A stretch of DNA of 64,000 nt from Flavobacterium sp. (GTDB taxonomy: Bacteria; Bacteroidota; Bacteroidia; Flavobacteriales; Flavobacteriaceae): the NCBI GenBank assembly GCA_031422015.1, contig JANOPO010000081.1, positions 2,981 to 66,980 on the forward strand. The letters run 5' to 3'. Position numbers and translations under genes: made by a program. Below, piece after piece: positions 20,277 to 31,598 of the stretch. Within the stretch, counting starts at the first letter, position 1. Each line of letters starts with the position of its first letter. Below the pieces are notes generated by a model. That model made no database searches, was not told where the DNA came from, and saw nothing but the letters and a program-made list of their open reading frames with translations.

Positions 20277-23200
20277 ATGAAGCAAAACTCATTTTCAATA
20301 TACGATGCATCGGCAGGATCAGGAAAAACCTATGCGTTAGTAAAAGAATATCTAAAAATCATCTTGACTGCCAGCAAGCACGATGCCTACAGAAATATAC
20401 TTGCAATAACATTTACAAATAAAGCTGTACATGAAATGAAATCTCGAATAGTTGGCAGCTTATACGAGTTTACTAAACTAGAACCAAATGCAAAAGCTAC
20501 AGATTTATTACTTGATTTGGCGCAAGACTTAAACGTTCCAGTTGCAAAAATTAAAACTAAATCGCAACAAATCATAAAGCATATAATTCATAACTATACA
20601 GCTTTTGATATTTCGACAATAGATAAATTTACACATAAAGTAATTCGTGCTTTTGCCCACGATTTAGGATTGCCAATGTCATTTGAAGTAACACTTGACA
20701 CTGAAAATCTGCTAGCAGAAGCCGTCGATGCGATAATAGCCGAAGCTGGAAACGATCAAGTTTTGACCAAGCTACTAGTAGATTTTACAATCGAAAAAAC
20801 AGATGACGACAAATCTTGGGATGTTTCTAGAGAAATTTTAGAGACGGGAAGGTTGCTGCTCAACGAAAACAATCGGAACGAAATTAGCAATTTTGAAAAC
20901 AAAGAGATTACAGATTTTATCAAAATCAAAACCAACTTGAAAACCCAAGTTAAGACCTTAGAATCTAACAACATTGATTTTGCCAAAAAAGCTATGGCGG
21001 TACTTGATAAAAACGGGATAGATTTAAAAGCGTTTGCGCGTGGCACGTTTCCCAATCACATTTTTTTTATTATTGCTAATGATGTGCGAGCAAGTAAATA
21101 TAAATTCGTTCAAATTGATGACGTTTCTATAAATAAAACGGCAAAAGATAGAAACCAAATTGAAGCAATATTGCCTGAGGTTCTTGATTTTTTGGATAAA
21201 GTTTATAGAAACAACGAAAAAAAAGATTTTTACGTAGCGTTCCTAAAAAACATTACACCACTTTCTTTATTAAATACAATTAATGATACTTTAAAAAACA
21301 TTCAGCAACAACAAAATCTTCTTTCTATAACTGAATTTAATAAATTAATTTATAACGAAATTCAGAACCAGCCAGCACCTTTTATATACGAACGACTAGG
21401 CGAACGATACCGTCATTTTTTTATTGATGAGTTTCAAGACACATCAGAAATGCAATGGCAAAACCTAATTCCGTTAATTGACAATGCAACTTCTAGCGAA
21501 ATTGATGGCGAAAAAGGCACGTTGATGTTGGTTGGAGATCCAAAACAATCTATTTATCGTTGGCGTGGCGGCAAAGCCGAACAATTTATTGAGCTGAGCA
21601 AAGGATCAATAAATAGAGATAAAAATCCGTTTAATAATCCAGATATTGTAGTCAAACATTTGCATAAAAACTACAGAAGTTATTCTGAAATAATACAATT
21701 TAATAACAATTTTTTTCAGAAGCTATCATCTGAATTTGATAATTTGGATTATCATGATTTGTATAAAAATCACGTGCAACAAGAAATCAATTCAAAAATT
21801 GGAGGATACGTCAACATCTCATTTATTCCAAAAATAGAAGATTTGCAAGATCTTGAAGATGACGCAATGGACAAATCAGATTTATATGTTTTGGCAACTT
21901 TGCAAATCATAGAAAATTGTTTAAAAAACGGATTTGAATATACTGATATTGCAATTCTAACAAGAAAACGCAGTCAAGGTATTGCAATTGCTACCTATTT
22001 AACAGCGCAGCAAATTCCTATTTTATCCTCAGAAACACTCATGATTGCAAACGCTTCAGAAGTGCAGCTGATTGTTAACGTTTTAAAATACCTTCAAAAC
22101 AATAATGATCGAATCTCAAAAGCAAATTTTTTATACTACGTAGCACCTAGTGCACAAGACAAATTGCCAATTCATGATTTTATAGCACAAGGAATAGCGC
22201 TTGAAATTGAAATTGAATTTGAAAAGTGGTTGCAAAATTGGGGCTTAAAATTAAGTTTTCAGGATATTAGAAAAAAATCGCTGTATGAAGCAATAGAAAT
22301 AATAATAGCACTATTTCTTAAGCCAGTAAGTAGCTCAGCCTATGTTCAGTACTTTTTAGACATCGTTCTAGAACGTGATATTCGCAATCAAGCAGGTATT
22401 TCTGACTTTCTGAATTATTGGGATAAAAATGGATCAAATTTTAGTATTCCTTCTCCCGAAGGCACAAACGCCGTGCGGATTATGACAATTCATAAAGCAA
22501 AAGGATTAGAATTTTCAGTTGTTATTTTCCCATTTGCAGATGAAGATTATAATCGAAAACCAAAAACCAAGTTATGGCTCAATGCTGACGAAGAAACTTT
22601 CGGTTTACCTAAAGTATTAATCGATAATTCAAAAGCTATTGAAGGTTTTGGCGAGCAAGCTGTAGAAGTTTATAATCATAAAAAACAAGAAGAATTACTT
22701 GATAATATTAATGTTTTGTATGTTGCATTAACACGTGCCGAAGAACAATTATTTATTATTTCATCAATGAATTTGGACAAAGACGGCAATGCGCGAGCAA
22801 ACAATATGTCGAGTTATTTTATAAATTATTTAATAAAAGAAAATATATTTGATAAAAATCAACACAATTATGAATTTGGCAATACAACTAAACTATCTAA
22901 AACCGAAAAATATATTGATGCAACAAAAACAATTTCAGTAGTTTCAGAAGTTTTAGATCCAAAAAATATCAAAATAGCCCAACGAGAATCGCTCATGTGG
23001 GGAACGCATCAACAAGAATCGATTGAATACGGAAATGTGGTTCATGAAATCTTATCATTTGTAAAAACAAAATCAGATGTAGCATTAGCTATTGAAAAGG
23101 CCATTGAAAAGGGATTAATTACAACAAATCAGAAAAATTCTGTCGAAAAAAGCATTCAAGAAATTGTAAATCATGCTGATTTAGTGACTTATTTTTCGGG

Positions 23201-23444
23201 CGATATTGCCGTTTTGAACGAGCAAACCATTATTCAGAAAGAAGGAAAAACCATAAAACCAGATAGATTGGTCTTTTATAAAAATAAAGAAGTTCATCTA
23301 TTGGATTATAAAACAGGCTCACACCAAGCTAAATACAAGTTGCAGCTCGAAAATTATCAAACTACAATCGAAAAAATGGGATATAGGGTCATAAAAAAAT
23401 CGCTTATATATATAGGAACACAAATTGAAGTTGTAAATTTGTAA
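20277..23444 (+). CDS. addA: UvrD-type helicase/nuclease (AddA-like)
   Basis: ASAGSGKT, AITFTNKA, IDEFQDTS, VGDPKQSIYRWR, TIHKAKGLE and LYVALTRA motifs; C-terminal PDRL...LLDYKTG nuclease. Confidence 0.88.
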   Translation: MKQNSFSIYDASAGSGKTYALVKEYLKIILTASKHDAYRNILAITFTNKAVHEMKSRIVGSLYEFTKLEPNAKATDLLLDLAQDLNVPVAKIKTKSQQIIKHIIHNYTAFDISTIDKFTHKVIRAFAHDLGLPMSFEVTLDTENLLAEAVDAIIAEAGNDQVLTKLLVDFTIEKTDDDKSWDVSREILETGRLLLNENNRNEISNFENKEITDFIKIKTNLKTQVKTLESNNIDFAKKAMAVLDKNGIDLKAFARGTFPNHIFFIIANDVRASKYKFVQIDDVSINKTAKDRNQIEAILPEVLDFLDKVYRNNEKKDFYVAFLKNITPLSLLNTINDTLKNIQQQQNLLSITEFNKLIYNEIQNQPAPFIYERLGERYRHFFIDEFQDTSEMQWQNLIPLIDNATSSEIDGEKGTLMLVGDPKQSIYRWRGGKAEQFIELSKGSINRDKNPFNNPDIVVKHLHKNYRSYSEIIQFNNNFFQKLSSEFDNLDYHDLYKNHVQQEINSKIGGYVNISFIPKIEDLQDLEDDAMDKSDLYVLATLQIIENCLKNGFEYTDIAILTRKRSQGIAIATYLTAQQIPILSSETLMIANASEVQLIVNVLKYLQNNNDRISKANFLYYVAPSAQDKLPIHDFIAQGIALEIEIEFEKWLQNWGLKLSFQDIRKKSLYEAIEIIIALFLKPVSSSAYVQYFLDIVLERDIRNQAGISDFLNYWDKNGSNFSIPSPEGTNAVRIMTIHKAKGLEFSVVIFPFADEDYNRKPKTKLWLNADEETFGLPKVLIDNSKAIEGFGEQAVEVYNHKKQEELLDNINVLYVALTRAEEQLFIISSMNLDKDGNARANNMSSYFINYLIKENIFDKNQHNYEFGNTTKLSKTEKYIDATKTISVVSEVLDPKNIKIAQRESLMWGTHQQESIEYGNVVHEILSFVKTKSDVALAIEKAIEKGLITTNQKNSVEKSIQEIVNHADLVTYFSGDIAVLNEQTIIQKEGKTIKPDRLVFYKNKEVHLLDYKTGSHQAKYKLQLENYQTTIEKMGYRVIKKSLIYIGTQIEVVNL

Positions 23445-23499
23445 AACAAATAGTATTTTCAGATTATCAAAAAACAAGTAACCGAATAAACTTTTTCAT

Positions 23500-24693
23500 A
23501 TGTACGGAAAAATTCAACAACATTTGCAGTCCGAACTTCAAGCAATTGAGGAGCAAGGTATTTTTAAAACAGAACGCATCATTACGTCAGCTCAAGGACC
23601 AGAAATTATCGTAAACGGCAAATTTGTCTTAAATTTTTGCGCGAATAATTATTTGGGGTTGTCATCACATCCTGAAGTAGTTCGAGCGGCAAAAGATACT
23701 TTGGATTCGCACGGCTTTGGGATGTCTTCTGTTAGGTTTATTTGTGGCACACAAGATATTCATAAAACACTAGAACACAACATAGCAGAATTTTATGGCA
23801 CGGAAGATACCATTTTATATGCAGCAGCATTTGATGCAAATGGCGGTATTTTTGAACCTCTTTTAGGAGAATTAGATTGTATAATTTCTGACTCGTTAAA
23901 TCACGCTTCTATTATTGATGGTGTACGATTATGTAAAGCAGCACGATACCGTTATGAAAATAATAATATGCCAGACCTCGAGAAACAATTGATAGCTGCT
24001 TCTGAAAAGGGATGCCGATTTAAATTGATTGTAACAGATGGTGTTTTTTCAATGGATGGAGTTGTAGCAAAACTAGACGAAATTTGTGATTTGGCAGATA
24101 AATATGATGCTTTAGTTATGGTTGACGAATGTCACGCTGCGGGTTTTATAGGAGCAACTGGTAAAGGAACACCTGAAGTCAAAGGAGTTTCAGGACGCAT
24201 TGATATAATAACTGGTACATTAGGCAAAGCACTAGGAGGCGCAATGGGTGGCTATACTACTGCTAAAAAAGAAATTATCGAATTATTGCGTCAACGATCA
24301 AGACCGTATTTGTTTTCAAACTCGTTAGCGCCAGCAATTGTTGGAGCATCAATAAAAGTTTTTGAACTATTACAAAAAGACACTTCACTACGAGATCAAT
24401 TGGAATGGAATACAAATTATTTCAAAAACGGACTCACTGAAGCGGGTTTTGATATTATAAAAGGTGATTCTGCCATAGTGCCCGTAATGCTATATGATGC
24501 AAAAATATCACAAAAAATGGCAAACGATTTGTTAACAGAAGGTATATATGTGATTGGCTTTTTCTATCCGGTTGTGCCAAAAGACAAAGCGCGGATTCGA
24601 GTTCAATTATCCGCCGCGCACACACAAAGTCAATTAGATGTTGCTATTGCTGCATTTGTTAAGGTTGGCAAAGCACTTAATATTATAAATTAA
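23500..24693 (+). CDS. kbl: Glycine C-acetyltransferase (2-amino-3-ketobutyrate CoA ligase)
   Basis: [35 protein letters not shown] and [11 protein letters not shown] motifs. Confidence 0.96.
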   Translation: MYGKIQQHLQSELQAIEEQGIFKTERIITSAQGPEIIVNGKFVLNFCANNYLGLSSHPEVVRAAKDTLDSHGFGMSSVRFICGTQDIHKTLEHNIAEFYGTEDTILYAAAFDANGGIFEPLLGELDCIISDSLNHASIIDGVRLCKAARYRYENNNMPDLEKQLIAASEKGCRFKLIVTDGVFSMDGVVAKLDEICDLADKYDALVMVDECHAAGFIGATGKGTPEVKGVSGRIDIITGTLGKALGGAMGGYTTAKKEIIELLRQRSRPYLFSNSLAPAIVGASIKVFELLQKDTSLRDQLEWNTNYFKNGLTEAGFDIIKGDSAIVPVMLYDAKISQKMANDLLTEGIYVIGFFYPVVPKDKARIRVQLSAAHTQSQLDVAIAAFVKVGKALNIIN

Positions 24694-24757
24694 TGACATT
24701 TATTAACAAAAAAATAAGATTTTTATTGATTTCGTTTTGAAATTAAATTTTAAATAG

Positions 24758-24765
24758 TATTTTTG
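24758..24765 (+). promoter_or_regulatory. ompA promoter -7 element (TATTTTTG) with TTTG at 24736-24739
   Basis: Consensus -7 plus a -33-like element 18 bp upstream. Confidence 0.65.
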
Positions 24766-24799
24766 TAACCTAAATTATTGTAATCTAACAAAATTAAGT

Positions 24800-26218
24800 A
24801 TGAAACATCTTAACAAATTATTTGCTGTAGTAGTGTTGTTCATGGGATTGAATTCTCAGGCACAAGACAGCAACAACCCATGGGCTATCAGTTTTGGGGC
24901 TAATGCAGTAGACGGTGCTCGTGTAAGCGCTGCTTCTAAAATCGAAGATCAATTTTCTCAGTATTTTGATGTGAAAAGATACTGGAATATTTTGCCTTCT
25001 GTATCTTATTTAAATGTAAGCAAAAATGTTGGTGGTAATTTCTCTGTAGGAGTTACTGGTTCTGTTAACAAAATCAACAAATTTGTAGACGAACGTGCTA
25101 CTAAACCAGGCGATTATCCAGTTGGTAATCCTGGAGATTTAGCTTATTATGCTGCTGATGGTGTTATAAAATATAGCCTTGCAAGCCTAATTGGATTGAA
25201 ATCAGTTGAGCCTTCTGTACATGTAGGCGGTGGTTATACTTTTTTAGGTGACGCTAGTTATGGTACAGTTAATGGTGGATTAGGATTAACATTTTGGTTT
25301 ACTGAAATGGTAGGTTTGTCATTAAACTCAGCTTACAAATATTCTTTAGAAGATTCTAAAGAAAGAGGTACTGCAGGAAATGTTCCAACTCACATGCAAC
25401 ATTTTGCAGGTTTGACTTTCAAATTTGGAGGTAAAGATACGGATGGTGACGGCATATACGACAAAGATGATGCTTGTCCTCAAGAGGCAGGTCTTAAACA
25501 ATTTCAAGGTTGTCCAGATACAGACGCTGACGGAATTGTTGATAGCAAAGATTCTTGTAAAGATGTATTTGGTTTAGCAGCATTAAATGGCTGTCCAGAT
25601 GCTGATGGTGATGGAATTGCTGATAAAGATGATGCATGTCCAGAAGTTGCTGGTTTAGCTGCTTTGAATGGTTGTCCAGATTCTGATGGAGACGGAGTTA
25701 CAGATTTATCTGATAAATGTCCTACAGTGAAAGGCCCCAAAGATAACGCAGGTTGTCCTTACCCTGATACTGATGGAGATTCAGTTCTTGATAAAGATGA
25801 TAAATGTCCAACAGTTAAAGGAACAGTTGCTAACAAAGGTTGTCCTGAAGCAGTAATTGACGAAGCAGTTATCAAAAAATTAAATGATTATGCTAAAATA
25901 ATATTGTTTGATACTAGTAAATCAACTTTCCAACAACAAACATACCCAGTTTTGCAAGCTATCACTGGTATATTAAAAGAATATCCTAACACAAACTTCT
26001 CTATTGAAGGTCATACGGATAGTGATGGAAAAGATGCCGCTAACCAAACGCTTTCTGATAACAGAGCAGCAGCAGTAAAAACTTATTTAATTGATAATGG
26101 TATCGCAGCAGGTAGATTAACATCTGCAGGTTATGGTGAAACTAAACCAATTGATGTTAATACAACAAAAGCTGGTAAAGCAAATAACCGACGTGTAGAA
26201 GTGAAATTAGTAAAATAA
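24800..26218 (+). CDS. ompA: OmpA-family outer membrane protein with thrombospondin type-3 (DxDxDG) repeats
   Basis: N-terminal barrel, repeated CPDxDxDG units, IEGHTDSDG...LSDNRA...NRRVE peptidoglycan-binding domain. Confidence 0.92.
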   Translation: MKHLNKLFAVVVLFMGLNSQAQDSNNPWAISFGANAVDGARVSAASKIEDQFSQYFDVKRYWNILPSVSYLNVSKNVGGNFSVGVTGSVNKINKFVDERATKPGDYPVGNPGDLAYYAADGVIKYSLASLIGLKSVEPSVHVGGGYTFLGDASYGTVNGGLGLTFWFTEMVGLSLNSAYKYSLEDSKERGTAGNVPTHMQHFAGLTFKFGGKDTDGDGIYDKDDACPQEAGLKQFQGCPDTDADGIVDSKDSCKDVFGLAALNGCPDADGDGIADKDDACPEVAGLAALNGCPDSDGDGVTDLSDKCPTVKGPKDNAGCPYPDTDGDSVLDKDDKCPTVKGTVANKGCPEAVIDEAVIKKLNDYAKIILFDTSKSTFQQQTYPVLQAITGILKEYPNTNFSIEGHTDSDGKDAANQTLSDNRAAAVKTYLIDNGIAAGRLTSAGYGETKPIDVNTTKAGKANNRRVEVKLVK

Positions 26219-26235
26219 TTTTTTCTAAATAGTTT

Positions 26236-26268
26236 ATAAACGCCCCGATAAATCGGGGCGTTTTTTTT
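26236..26268 (+). terminator. Intrinsic terminator
   Basis: AAACGCCCCGAT-AA-ATCGGGGCGTTT followed by a T tract. Confidence 0.9.
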
Positions 26269-26279
26269 ATATTTATAAA

Positions 26280-29039
26280 ATGATAAAAAATACTTTTTTA
26301 GACAAATTAGCAAAAGTAATCCTTGACAAGTATTCTCAAGATTTGTCAAATATTGTTATTATTCTCCCAAACAAAAGGGCAAAAGTTTTTCTTATTGAAG
26401 CATTAAAAAATAAAATAGATACCGCTATTTTTGTACCACAAATAGAATCCATTGAAGAATTTGTCCAAGAAATCTCGCATATTCGGGCTATTGATCCAAT
26501 AGAATTGCTCTTTGAATTTTATGAAGTTTACCTATCTATAACTGATAAAAAGCACCACCAAGAATTTGAAATTTTTGCAAATTGGGCAAAAACATTATTG
26601 CAAGATTTTAACGAAATAGATCGATATTTGCTTGATCCATCTCATGTGCTTACTTATCTAAAAGATATTGAAGATATCAAAAGATGGGGAATCGACGTTG
26701 AAAATAAAACAAAACTGTTAGAAAACTATATTGATTTCTGGAAATTATTACCCCTATATTATCAATCGCTTTATGAACATTTACTTACTAAAAAAATTGG
26801 TTATCAAGGTCTGATTTACAGAGAAGCAATCAATAATTTAAAGAATTTCTCAAAAAACTTAAAAGACAAAAAATTTATTTTTGCTGGTTTTAACGCACTT
26901 AATACTGCAGAAGAAAATATCATTCAAACGCTTATTGCTACAAATAAAGCCGAAATCCTATGGGATGCAGAATTAACTTTCATGAATGACCCACAGCATG
27001 ATGCAGGTTTGTTTTTAAGACGTTTTAAATCAAAATGGCCGCACTATAAAATCAATCCATTTGAGTGGATTTTCGATGAATTTTCTGGATCAAAAAACAT
27101 TTCTATAATTGGCACACCAAAAACAGTTGGTCAAGCAAAAATTACCGGAAATATTATCGAGCAAATACTATCCGAAATACCAGATTCAAATCTTAATAAT
27201 GTTGCAGTCGTACTAGGTGAAGAAAATTTATTAGTACCGCTGCTTTATACTTTACCATCGACCGTTGGCGCGTTAAATATTACAATGGGCTATAGTGCAA
27301 AGAACAATCCAGCACAGACCTTGATTACGAAATTATTTAAACTGCATACTAATGCAATTGCAAGGAATCCTACTAATTATGTTTTTTACTATAAAGACTT
27401 AGTTGATATTTTAACTCATCCGTTGGTAGAGCCATATGCACAAACAAAGACTTTAATTCAAATAATCAATAGAAATAATTACACTTTTATAACGCACAAG
27501 AAATTATTTGAACTGCAGCCAAGTGCTACCCGTTTATTTGAATTGTTGTTTTCGAAGTGGCAAAATGGACCTATAGCTGTTTTGGAAGTGATCTCAGATT
27601 TATTGTATTTAATAAAAAACAATTTTAATACTGATAATGAACAAGATAAAATTGCAAAAGCATTTGTTTTTTCTGTATTTACAACTGTAAATAAGCTAAT
27701 TAATTATTATACAAAACACAATTATATTGATAAAATAGATACTTTATTTGCCATTTATAAGCAAGTAATAGAACTTGCTGAAGTTTCGTTTGAAGGAGAA
27801 CCGCTCAACGGACTCCAAATTATGGGAGTTCTAGAATCTCGTGTTTTAGATTTTGAAACTGTCATCGTAACTTCTATGAACGAAGGTAAGTTTCCGGCAG
27901 GCAAATCAATGAATTCATTTATTCCGCATGATGTAAAACGTGAGTTGGGACTACCAACATATAAAGAAAAAGATGCAATTTATACCTATCACTTCTATCA
28001 TCTTATACAACGTGCTACAAACGTTTATTTACTTTACAATACTGAAAATGACGGTTTAGATGGCGGCGAAAAATCCAGATTTATCACACAATTACAAATC
28101 GAGAAGCAGGATAACCACACTATAACAGACCAAATTTATAATCCAATTCTACCACACACGCCCTATAAACCCTTACTAATACCAAAATCTGAAAAAGTAC
28201 AGTTACGTATAAAAAAAATATGCGAAACTGGATTTTCACCATCAGCGTTAACAAGTTATATAAGAAACCCAATTGATTTTTATTTTCAAAAAATACTGCA
28301 AATTCAAGAAATCGATGAAGTTGAAGAAAATATAGAACTTAACACCTTAGGAACCATTATTCATGAAGCTTTAAAGCACATATATCTTCCTTTTATAGGA
28401 AAATATTTAACTGTTTTGGAGCTACAATCTTGTTTTGAAAATCTTGATGAAATCATTGGTATACAATTCCAAAAAATTTACAAAGAAGGCGAAATAAAAA
28501 AAGGAAAAAATTTGTTGGCTTATGAAGTAGCCAAACAACACGTAAAAAATTTCTTAACACTGGAATTAGCAGCATTACAAAAAGGCGAAACTATCAAAAT
28601 AATAGCTTTAGAACAAACTTTCGCTCGTGCTATAAACCATCCAAGTTTGCCTTACGAGGTTTTATTAAAAGGCAATGTTGACAGAATTGAAAAGCGCAAT
28701 AATACCATTAGAATTATAGATTATAAAACTGGCAAAGTTGATGCCGCTCATTTAACTTTAAAATCTTGGAATCAATTAACGAACGATATCAAAAATGATA
28801 AAATTATACAAATATTAGCCTATGCGTACATGTTTGACACTTTCGAGAATATACCACTTGAAGCGGGTATAATATCATTCAAAAACTTGAAATCTGGTTT
28901 TCTCCCTTTCAATTTCAAAGAACCAACTACTACTAATTATATCATAAAGAATGAAATTATGACTAATTATATAGAGCAAATAGTTGTTTTATTAAAGGAA
29001 ATTCTAGACGCAAGTATTCCATTTAAGGAAAAAATTTAA
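26280..29039 (+). CDS. addB: PD-(D/E)XK nuclease family protein (AddB-like)
   Basis: ILPNKRA, GVLESRVLDF, FSPSALTSYIRNP and GNVDRIEK...IIDYKTG motifs. Confidence 0.82.
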   Translation: MIKNTFLDKLAKVILDKYSQDLSNIVIILPNKRAKVFLIEALKNKIDTAIFVPQIESIEEFVQEISHIRAIDPIELLFEFYEVYLSITDKKHHQEFEIFANWAKTLLQDFNEIDRYLLDPSHVLTYLKDIEDIKRWGIDVENKTKLLENYIDFWKLLPLYYQSLYEHLLTKKIGYQGLIYREAINNLKNFSKNLKDKKFIFAGFNALNTAEENIIQTLIATNKAEILWDAELTFMNDPQHDAGLFLRRFKSKWPHYKINPFEWIFDEFSGSKNISIIGTPKTVGQAKITGNIIEQILSEIPDSNLNNVAVVLGEENLLVPLLYTLPSTVGALNITMGYSAKNNPAQTLITKLFKLHTNAIARNPTNYVFYYKDLVDILTHPLVEPYAQTKTLIQIINRNNYTFITHKKLFELQPSATRLFELLFSKWQNGPIAVLEVISDLLYLIKNNFNTDNEQDKIAKAFVFSVFTTVNKLINYYTKHNYIDKIDTLFAIYKQVIELAEVSFEGEPLNGLQIMGVLESRVLDFETVIVTSMNEGKFPAGKSMNSFIPHDVKRELGLPTYKEKDAIYTYHFYHLIQRATNVYLLYNTENDGLDGGEKSRFITQLQIEKQDNHTITDQIYNPILPHTPYKPLLIPKSEKVQLRIKKICETGFSPSALTSYIRNPIDFYFQKILQIQEIDEVEENIELNTLGTIIHEALKHIYLPFIGKYLTVLELQSCFENLDEIIGIQFQKIYKEGEIKKGKNLLAYEVAKQHVKNFLTLELAALQKGETIKIIALEQTFARAINHPSLPYEVLLKGNVDRIEKRNNTIRIIDYKTGKVDAAHLTLKSWNQLTNDIKNDKIIQILAYAYMFDTFENIPLEAGIISFKNLKSGFLPFNFKEPTTTNYIIKNEIMTNYIEQIVVLLKEILDASIPFKEKI

Positions 29040-29388
29040 CCGAAAAAATTTGGATAAAACTTACTTTTCCATTAAATCTGATCTAATTATATGTTTCTGA
29101 ACTAGTCAATTTGCCAATAAAAAAAGTTGCAAATACTATAGTTGATGTTTTTAAATTAAACAATTTTACAAAACATACTATATCGCTATCAGACAATACA
29201 AATTTGAGCAATCAAGGTAGAGCATTCATGCGTACTAACACAGTTCGCATAACTGGCAATTAGTGGTTCTATAAATGAAATACTTTCAATAAAAATCCAG
29301 CATCAGAAACATTTATAAGTAATAGCTCTTCAGAACCACATAACAAACTAAAAAAAATATAAAACTTAAAGTAAAACAGTAACTTCAA

Positions 29389-29415
29389 AAAGTAATTAAA
29401 GTAATTAAAGTAATT
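29389..29415 (+). repeat. (AAAGTAATT)x3 tandem repeat
   Basis: Read directly from the sequence. Confidence 0.9.
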
Positions 29416-29692
29416 TTACGAAAAAATTAAGGAGTTAACCTTTGCCATTTTACTTATTACACAAAACTCTTTTAGTTAGTACAATAAAAGATTTGTTACT
29501 ACAAGTGCGCTTCAATATTCTATTAGACCTCGGCTATTTTGATCAATGATTAAGATAACGGACTTGAAACAAACAGTATTGAACAAATCAAATCTAATTT
29601 TTAATATAGTAAAAACATAAAGACTATAAACCTACATAAGATACTAATTATATAAAATGCTACTTTAAATTACAGTGTTTTTTATATCGTAT

Positions 29693-31564
29693 TTATTTTA
29701 CAATCAAAAATTCTGACCTTCTATTCTGAGCATGTTCCTCTTCTGTACATAATTCTGCACAAGGCACTTTTAACTCAGTTTCTCCATATCCTTTTCCAGA
29801 TATTCGATTATAATCAATTCCTTTAGAAATAATATATTGTACTGTTGATTTTGCTCTTCTATCAGACAAATTTAAATTATATGTATCATTCCCACGATTA
29901 TCTGTATGAGATTTTGCAAGAATAACTAATTTCGGATTTGCATTCATTACCTCAACTAACTTATCAAGTTCGGATGCTCCTTCTTGCGTAATATTACTTT
30001 TATTATATTCAAAATAAATAGGTTGAAGTATAACTTCTGTTTCGGTAATAATTGGCTCAATTGGTTGCAATTTAGCAGCTATTATATATTGTTTTTCTGA
30101 TGTTTTTTGTACTTGATAAACAGTGCTTACAAATCCATCTTTTGAAACTTGTATACTATATTCATTGTCGCAAGGTACTCTATAATTTATTTGTCCTTTA
30201 TCATTAGTTTGTAATGTTGTTAATACCGTTTTTTTGGAGTCAATGACTGCTACTTTAGCATTTGTAATTAGGGCTCCAGTTTTCGAATTTGATACGACTG
30301 TTACTAAGTTTGTGTTGCAAATAGGAACAGCCCCATATATTTCATCATTACCAGTACGATTACTAGAAAAGAAACCTAAATTTTTGGCTTTATTAAAAGA
30401 AAATGAGAAATCATCTGCTTCCGTATTAATAGGTTTTCCTAAATTACTAATTGCATCTGGTGTTGATAAATCTATTTGATAAATATCTAATCCACCAAGA
30501 CCCTGACGTCCACTTGAGGCAAAAAACAATGTAGTATTGTCATCTGCAATAAAAGGAAAACTTTCGTTACCTTCGGTATTAATTTTTGTTCCAAGGTTTT
30601 CAGGTTTAGAATACTTTCCATCTTCAGAAATTATTGTTTTCCAAAGGTCAACACCACCTACCGATCCTGGCATATCTGACGAAAAATATAATGTCTTATT
30701 ATCTCGACTCAAACTAGGATTACTCGTAGAGTACATATTGCTATTAAAAGGTAATGAAATAATATTAATCCATTTTCCGTCTTGCTTTGTAGCTTTAAAT
30801 AAATTGTTTTTAATGCGTTTCAAATTATTACCTTTGTCTTTTTCGTACGATTTTTCTCTAAAACTATCACTTGTGAAATATATTGTATTTCCATCTGCGC
30901 TAATTGATACTGGACCATCATGCGCATTTGAATTTAAATCTTTGATATTTGTAGCGTTCATAAATGTTCCATCAGGATTATAATCTGCTTCATAAATATC
31001 CAAAAATGGTTCTTTATTCCATCCATAATTTTTTTGAGTATTATTTCTAGCGCTTGTATAATAGAACTTGTCACCATAAAGCACGCCACCAAAATCAGAT
31101 TTATCACTATTGACATCAAGATTTTTTAAAGAATAAGAATTGTCTAGATTTGAAAGTACGGAAAAATAATTCTGATTTGATAAAAAAGTTTTAGATCTAG
31201 AATCATCAGGTTTTAATTGTGCAAATTTCTTCATTTGCATATTTGAACCTTCATAATTTTTATTTGCCTTTAACATTTGAGAATATCTAAAATAAGTTTC
31301 TGGACTTTGCTCAGTTTCTATTGCTTTTGCATACCATTTAGAAGCCTCTTTTGAGTTAAACATATTATAATAGGTTTCTCCTAGTTGATTGTATAGATAT
31401 GGTGAATTATCTCCAGCTTCAATAAGTTTAAGGTACGCTTCCGCAGCCGCCACATACTCATATCGTGAAAATAATTTGTCGGCTTTTTTAGTAAATTTTG
31501 TTTGTGCAGAGAGAAGCCCCGAAATTAAAAAAGCTATATATACTACTTTATTGAAATTTTTCAT
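29693..31564 (-). CDS. PorE-like protein (TPR + PD40 + carboxypeptidase-regulatory-like + OmpA domain)
   Basis: N-terminal TPR-like helices, repeated PD40 units (GPVSIS, NPSLS, SFPFI), SHTDNRG...LSDRRA...NRRSEF. Confidence 0.85.
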   Translation of the reverse strand: MKNFNKVVYIAFLISGLLSAQTKFTKKADKLFSRYEYVAAAEAYLKLIEAGDNSPYLYNQLGETYYNMFNSKEASKWYAKAIETEQSPETYFRYSQMLKANKNYEGSNMQMKKFAQLKPDDSRSKTFLSNQNYFSVLSNLDNSYSLKNLDVNSDKSDFGGVLYGDKFYYTSARNNTQKNYGWNKEPFLDIYEADYNPDGTFMNATNIKDLNSNAHDGPVSISADGNTIYFTSDSFREKSYEKDKGNNLKRIKNNLFKATKQDGKWINIISLPFNSNMYSTSNPSLSRDNKTLYFSSDMPGSVGGVDLWKTIISEDGKYSKPENLGTKINTEGNESFPFIADDNTTLFFASSGRQGLGGLDIYQIDLSTPDAISNLGKPINTEADDFSFSFNKAKNLGFFSSNRTGNDEIYGAVPICNTNLVTVVSNSKTGALITNAKVAVIDSKKTVLTTLQTNDKGQINYRVPCDNEYSIQVSKDGFVSTVYQVQKTSEKQYIIAAKLQPIEPIITETEVILQPIYFEYNKSNITQEGASELDKLVEVMNANPKLVILAKSHTDNRGNDTYNLNLSDRRAKSTVQYIISKGIDYNRISGKGYGETELKVPCAELCTEEEHAQNRRSEFLIVK

Positions 31565-31598
31565 TTTTAATCTTTCTTTATTTGTTTCATTATAAATC

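Noticed and set aside
25430-25850. Regularly spaced repeats resembling a CRISPR array
   Set aside because: They are in-frame TSP3 (CPDxDxDG) coding repeats of OmpA; no cas genes are present in the window.
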